37,870 nucleotides of DNA from contig CAMWIS010000001.1 in the NCBI GenBank assembly GCA_947174375.1, positions 1-37,870 on the forward strand. Direction: 5' to 3'. Source of the DNA: an uncultured Bacteroidales bacterium. Its GTDB lineage: Bacteria; Bacteroidota; Bacteroidia; Bacteroidales; P3. The position numbers were made by a program, and so were the translations under genes. The notes beneath the pieces are model-generated. The model had not been told where the DNA came from. It saw nothing but the letters and a program-made list of their open reading frames with translations, and did not search any database. Below are positions 33,950 to 37,870 of this stretch, one piece after another. The stretch's first letter is position 1. Each line of letters starts with the position of its first letter.

Positions 33950-33957
33950 CAAATATA
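33950..33957 (-). promoter_or_regulatory. candidate -7 box for the chorismatase gene
   Basis: The minus strand reads TATATTTG. It overlaps the track TTG start, so the transcript probably begins near 33943. That implies a very short leader or use of ATG 33934. Confidence 0.35.
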
Positions 33958-33967
33958 CAAAAAATCG

Positions 33968-33975
33968 TAAATTTG
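33968..33975 (+). promoter_or_regulatory. candidate -7 box for the DUF819-like/acyltransferase pair
   Basis: TAAATTTG (TAnnTTTG) lies 29 nt upstream of the ATG at 34005. It is back-to-back with the chorismatase promoter inside a 52-61-nt divergent spacer. Confidence 0.45.
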
Positions 33976-34004
33976 CACGGTAAAGATGTTTTTGGAATAA
34001 CGTA

Positions 34005-35210
34005 ATGGAAAAGGTGGCGGTTTTACTGGGGATTTATTTGGTCGTGCCGGCCTTGCTGATGTTCATGCAGGCGCGTTGGCCCGCGGTGCAGAAAATCGGG
34101 GCCATCCTGCTGGCCTATGCCGTCGGCATCGTGCTGTCCCTGACGGGCTTTTCGCAGAGCGCCGATGCGGAGACGGCCCGACAGATCGTTACCCTGAAAG
34201 CCGTGTTGCAGAATGTCTGCGTGCCCTTGGGCATCCCGCTCTTGCTCTTTTCGTCCGACTTCAAACAATGGCGCCGCCGTTGGAAACAGGTGGCCGTGGC
34301 CTTCGCCGTCGGCATCGTGGCCGTCATGGCGGCCGTCACCGCGTCCTATTACCTGTTCAGGGGGCAGGGCATCCCGGAATTGGAGAAAGCGGCCGGCCTG
34401 ATGGTGGGCTTCTACACGGGCGGCACGCCCAATGTGGCTTCGCTCAAAATGGCCCTGCAACCCTCGGCCGAAACCTTCCTGCTCGTCAATTCGTTTGAAA
34501 TCGTCATCACGTTCGTGCTGTTGGCCTTCCTCATCGGAGGCGGCTATAAGCTCGTGCGGCGGTGGTTGCCCTATGCCAAGCCGTCGGTAGCGGTAACGGT
34601 CGCGCCCGTCCACCTTCGGGAAACGCTGGCCGCCCGCCGGGCGTTGGCGCGGGCCGGCAAGGTGGAAGACTACCGGTTCATGTTCCGCAAGCCGATGCTC
34701 CGGGGTTGGCTCTGCGCGTTGGGCTTGGCCGTACTTATCGCGCTCGCCGCCGCGCTCGTCAGCCTCCTCTTCCCGCTCGATTACCGCGTGGTGGCCATCG
34801 TGCTCGGCATCACCACGCTCAGCATCGCGGCCTCGTTTTCCGAGCGCGTCCGCCGTTTGCCCAAGAGTTTCGAGTTGGGGATGTATTTCATCCTCGTGTT
34901 CAGCACCGTCATCGCGTCCGATTTCAATGTGGAACACCTCGGCACGGTGGCCGACAAGCTGTTTTACTTCATCGCGTCGGTGCTCGGTCTGAGCCTCGTG
35001 CTGCATTTCCTCTTGGCCAAACTCTGCCGCGTGGAGGCCGACACGTTCACGATTTCGATGACGGCCCTGATTTTCTCGCCGCCTTTCGTGCCCACGGTGG
35101 CCGGCGCGATGAAGAACCGCGCCTGTATGCTTACGGGCATCGTCGTCGGCTTGCTGGGCTATGCGCTGGGCAATTATTTGGGCATCGGATGGTATATGCT
35201 CATCAGTTGA
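34005..35210 (+). CDS. polytopic inner-membrane protein (possibly DUF819/YjcL-like putative transporter)
   Basis: The 401-aa ORF has about 10-11 hydrophobic helices with a central charged loop (PYAKPSVAVTVAPVHLRETLAARRALARAGKVEDYRFMF). The DUF819 assignment is from memory of the family architecture, not from a motif I can point to. Confidence 0.5.
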   Translation: MEKVAVLLGIYLVVPALLMFMQARWPAVQKIGAILLAYAVGIVLSLTGFSQSADAETARQIVTLKAVLQNVCVPLGIPLLLFSSDFKQWRRRWKQVAVAFAVGIVAVMAAVTASYYLFRGQGIPELEKAAGLMVGFYTGGTPNVASLKMALQPSAETFLLVNSFEIVITFVLLAFLIGGGYKLVRRWLPYAKPSVAVTVAPVHLRETLAARRALARAGKVEDYRFMFRKPMLRGWLCALGLAVLIALAAALVSLLFPLDYRVVAIVLGITTLSIAASFSERVRRLPKSFELGMYFILVFSTVIASDFNVEHLGTVADKLFYFIASVLGLSLVLHFLLAKLCRVEADTFTISMTALIFSPPFVPTVAGAMKNRACMLTGIVVGLLGYALGNYLGIGWYMLIS

Positions 35211-35234
35211 TAAAACATTTAACCGCAGATATAC

Positions 35235-36548
35235 ATGGTCTATTTCAATATCGTAGAAAAGCGCTCCATCTATTACCGCTTTTGGCGCCGTTGGTTCGGG
35301 CGTTTCTTCTCCGCCGTCTATTACCGCAAGTTCGTCGTGCGGGGCACGGAGAACCTGCCGCCCGTGGGCACGCCCTACATGATTGTGAGCAACCATCAAA
35401 ACGGCTTGTTGGACGCGCTCTGCATCCTGTTCGGCTTGCCGGAACGCCATACGCCGATATTTTTGGCGCGCTCCGACATCTTCAAAAAGCCGTTCGTGGC
35501 CAAACTGCTTTGCTTCTGCAAGATTTTGCCTATATACCGTCAGCGTGACGGCAAGGAACAGCTCGGCAAGAACGAGGCGATTTTCGATTTCGCCGCCCGC
35601 ATGATAGGCGAGGGGGCGGCCGTCAGTCTGTTTCCGGAGGGTCACCACCAGGAAGGCCATTACTTAGGGCGGTTTAAAAAGGGCTTTGCGCGTATCGCGT
35701 TCGATGCGGCCGAGCGCAAGTGTTTTCCCGCCGATATGCTCGTGGTGCCGGCGGCCAACCACTATGTGCGTTACCGCGGGCACCGCACCGAGGCCATGCT
35801 CATGATCGGCAAGCCGGTGCGTCTGGCCGATTACTACGCGGCCTACCGCGAAAATCCGGTGCGTGCGATGGTGCTGTTGGCCGAGGAATTGGAAAACCGC
35901 GTCCGCGCCATGATGCTCGATATGCCTTACCCCGAACGCTATGCGGCTTTGGACGCTTGGCGCGAGTTGGCGCGCGACCCCGAGCTGACCGATGTGGAAG
36001 CCATGTTGCAGGCCGATAAGGCTTGGGCGGAACATGTGCGGACGCTGCCCGAAACCGAGGTGGAACGGGCTTGCGCGACCGCGGTGTCGGTGTCGGCGCA
36101 ACTTAGGCAGAAAGGCTTTTCGCCGTCCGAATGGCCCGTCAAGGTCAAGATCAAGGATTTGCTGGTTCATGCGCTGTGTCTGTTGATTTACGCGCCTTTC
36201 GCGCTGGCCGGCCTGCTGTTGACCGCCGTGCCTTTCGGCATCAGTTGGCATTTTGCCGGCAAGTTCAGCAAGGCGGCCAAGACCGATATGTTGTTTTCTA
36301 CGTTCCATTTTACGATGGATATGTTGTTGACGGCTCTGTTCAATTTAATATATACTGTTCTTTTCGCCGTGTTCGTGCGCGCCACTTGGTGGACGTTGCC
36401 GATATTCTTCGGGCTGTGCTTCGCCTTGCGCGTGGCCTACGTCGAATACCGGGCCTACGGCCGCAAGTTCATCCGGCAGTGCCGGGCGTATGCGGCGCGT
36501 AAGGACGGCGCCTTGGCCGAAGCCGTGGCCGGGGTGCGCGCCTTATAG
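35235..36548 (+). CDS. PlsC/GPAT-superfamily acyltransferase with C-terminal membrane anchor domain
   Basis: The 437-aa ORF has acyltransferase block I as NHQNGLLD (His54...Asp60, i.e. H-x5-D) and block III as FPEGHH. A long helical linker follows, then about 3-4 TM helices at the C-terminus. It lies 24 nt downstream of the preceding membrane protein gene. Confidence 0.7.
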   Translation: MVYFNIVEKRSIYYRFWRRWFGRFFSAVYYRKFVVRGTENLPPVGTPYMIVSNHQNGLLDALCILFGLPERHTPIFLARSDIFKKPFVAKLLCFCKILPIYRQRDGKEQLGKNEAIFDFAARMIGEGAAVSLFPEGHHQEGHYLGRFKKGFARIAFDAAERKCFPADMLVVPAANHYVRYRGHRTEAMLMIGKPVRLADYYAAYRENPVRAMVLLAEELENRVRAMMLDMPYPERYAALDAWRELARDPELTDVEAMLQADKAWAEHVRTLPETEVERACATAVSVSAQLRQKGFSPSEWPVKVKIKDLLVHALCLLIYAPFALAGLLLTAVPFGISWHFAGKFSKAAKTDMLFSTFHFTMDMLLTALFNLIYTVLFAVFVRATWWTLPIFFGLCFALRVAYVEYRAYGRKFIRQCRAYAARKDGALAEAVAGVRAL

Positions 36549-37870
36549 TTTCCGTCCGGATTTCGCGGCCTTGAACGCGCCGCTGACCAAGCGGTAGTCT
36601 TTATCGACGAAAATCCGCGAATAGGTCAGCTTCAGGCCCGTATTGTCCAACAGCGGCACATAGGTGTGGGCGGTGCCGCTGAAATAGCCGTCGTAGCCCT
36701 CCACCTCGTCGATGACGACTTCAAAGCCGCTCTGTGTCTTTACGTGGTCGAACAGCCGCAGCACCGGCAGGGCGTCCGCTTCGTTCGGCGCGGGCGGTGC
36801 CGTTGCCGGGTGCTCGCCGCATTTCAGTTCTTCGGGTTTCTCATCCAGTGTCTTAAACCGTTGCACGCGGTCAGGCTCGCTCCAGCCGTCCTCGCAGCGG
36901 CGTTGAAACGTGCACTCGTAGGCCGTGGCGGGTTCGAGCGGATAAAGCGTGTACCGGGTCTCGCCCAGCGGAATATCCACGGGGAACCAGGCCGCGCCGG
37001 CCACGTCGGCTTTGCGGTATTGCAGGCGGTAGGCCACGTTCAACGGGTCTTCCGGCCAGTTGACGCGGGCGGTGAAGGCCGTCACGCTGTCCACGCGCCA
37101 TTGGGTCAGGGCGGGGCAGTAGGCCTTGTAGGTAAAGCAAAACACTTGGCTGTAGCCGTGGTTGGCAAAGACGATTTCGTGGCCGTTGCCGTCGCGGCCC
37201 GACGCCTGGACGCGGAACGCGTAGCGCAGGCCGACTTCCAAGGGCGGCATGGCCTCGTTATACACCAGCGTGGTTTGGTCGGTCGTTTGGCTGTAAACCG
37301 TGCCCAACTCGTCGAAGCGGCTCTGCCAGTCGCCTTGGAAATGTTCCGGAATCCGTTTCAGCTCAAAGCGGTATTCGGTTTCCATGAACCCGGCCTGCGC
37401 GGCGTGCCGCGGCGTCCACCCGAAGACAATCTGCGTCGCGCCCTGCTTCTGTATGACGCTTTGGTCGGCCGGCGTATAGGGCAGCGGCGGCTCGCACGAC
37501 ACCAGCCGGAACATCCCGGGCGACTCGTGCAGCGAGACCTTGACGCCCGAGGCGGCCTCATACACTTCGAACGCCAATTGGTAGAAGCCGTCCGGCAGAC
37601 GTTCGCCGTTCTGCAGGTATTGCTGTTTGGTCATGCCCGAAAACATCAGGTTCTGCAAGTTGAAGTATTCGTACAGCTCGTCGCTGCGGAGCGTAAGCGT
37701 CTCGCCGCCGCTGATGCGGAACGTGCGCGGTAGCGGCCGGCTGTTTTCGATGCGGATGCGGTCGGAAACCAGCACCATGCGTAGCCGGAGCGTGGCCGCC
37801 GGCACGCTGGCGTCCAGCAGGTCGATTTGCAGTGTAAAGGCGTCGTCGCTGCGTCGGAACCAGTCCGGAA
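36543..37870 (-). CDS. multi-domain beta-sandwich / fibronectin type III-like protein, C-terminal ~440 aa (5' part outside window)
   Basis: The track ORF starts at an internal GTG (37805). Hand translation shows the frame stays open to the window edge (...PDWFRRSDDAFTLQIDLLDAS-VPAATLRL...). There is a clear Fn3-like segment (VTAFTARVNWPEDPLNVAYRLQYRKADVAGAAWFPVDIPLGETRYTLYPLEPATAYECTFQRRCEDGWSEP), preceded by two further Ig/Fn3-like modules. I do not recognise the C-terminal ~90 aa. Confidence 0.6.
   Translation of the reverse strand, partial: PDWFRRSDDAFTLQIDLLDASVPAATLRLRMVLVSDRIRIENSRPLPRTFRISGGETLTLRSDELYEYFNLQNLMFSGMTKQQYLQNGERLPDGFYQLAFEVYEAASGVKVSLHESPGMFRLVSCEPPLPYTPADQSVIQKQGATQIVFGWTPRHAAQAGFMETEYRFELKRIPEHFQGDWQSRFDELGTVYSQTTDQTTLVYNEAMPPLEVGLRYAFRVQASGRDGNGHEIVFANHGYSQVFCFTYKAYCPALTQWRVDSVTAFTARVNWPEDPLNVAYRLQYRKADVAGAAWFPVDIPLGETRYTLYPLEPATAYECTFQRRCEDGWSEPDRVQRFKTLDEKPEELKCGEHPATAPPAPNEADALPVLRLFDHVKTQSGFEVVIDEVEGYDGYFSGTAHTYVPLLDNTGLKLTYSRIFVDKDYRLVSGAFKAAKSGRKL

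Overview
This 37.9-kb window is a GC-rich chromosomal segment, roughly 60-65% GC in most hand-counted 60-nt lines. It looks like a Bacteroidota genome: most intergenic gaps carry TAnnTTTG -7 promoter boxes, some with a TTTG -33 box 20 nt upstream. There are no Shine-Dalgarno sequences, and it has a DUF4290-murA pair and a eukaryote-type GH13 branching enzyme. Assigning it to a GC-rich Bacteroidales lineage such as Rikenellaceae is inference only.

I support 26 protein-coding genes (two truncated by the window edges), one tRNA-Glu(CUC), several promoter and terminator candidates, and one intragenic repeat pair.

Most genes are core housekeeping:
- Translation and transcription: glnS fragment, lepA, rimP-nusA-infB-tilS, tgt.
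- Replication, envelope and storage: murA, priA, glgB, an LptF/G permease, an FtsB-like protein.

I see no CRISPR array, rRNA, transposase, integrase, toxin-antitoxin pair or recognisable defence gene, and no complete, obviously novel system.

The most promising under-described pieces are:
1. An operon with two tandem TMEM260/DUF2723-type GT-C glycosyltransferase paralogs, a translationally coupled 4-TM protein and an MFS transporter. The paralogs share a 147-bp perfectly identical gene-conversion tract.
2. A sharply AT-shifted 633-aa GT-C-like membrane protein gene wedged between tRNA-Glu and an S41 peptidase/outer-membrane-protein pair.
3. An orphan FkbO/Hyg5/XanB2-type chorismatase, divergent from a DUF819-like membrane protein and an unusual membrane-anchored acyltransferase.
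4. A bacterial GH3-family amido synthetase embedded in an envelope/division/replication operon.
5. A terminator-like leader hairpin in front of rimP-nusA-infB.

The many long antisense ORFs in the track are treated as GC-codon-bias artefacts.
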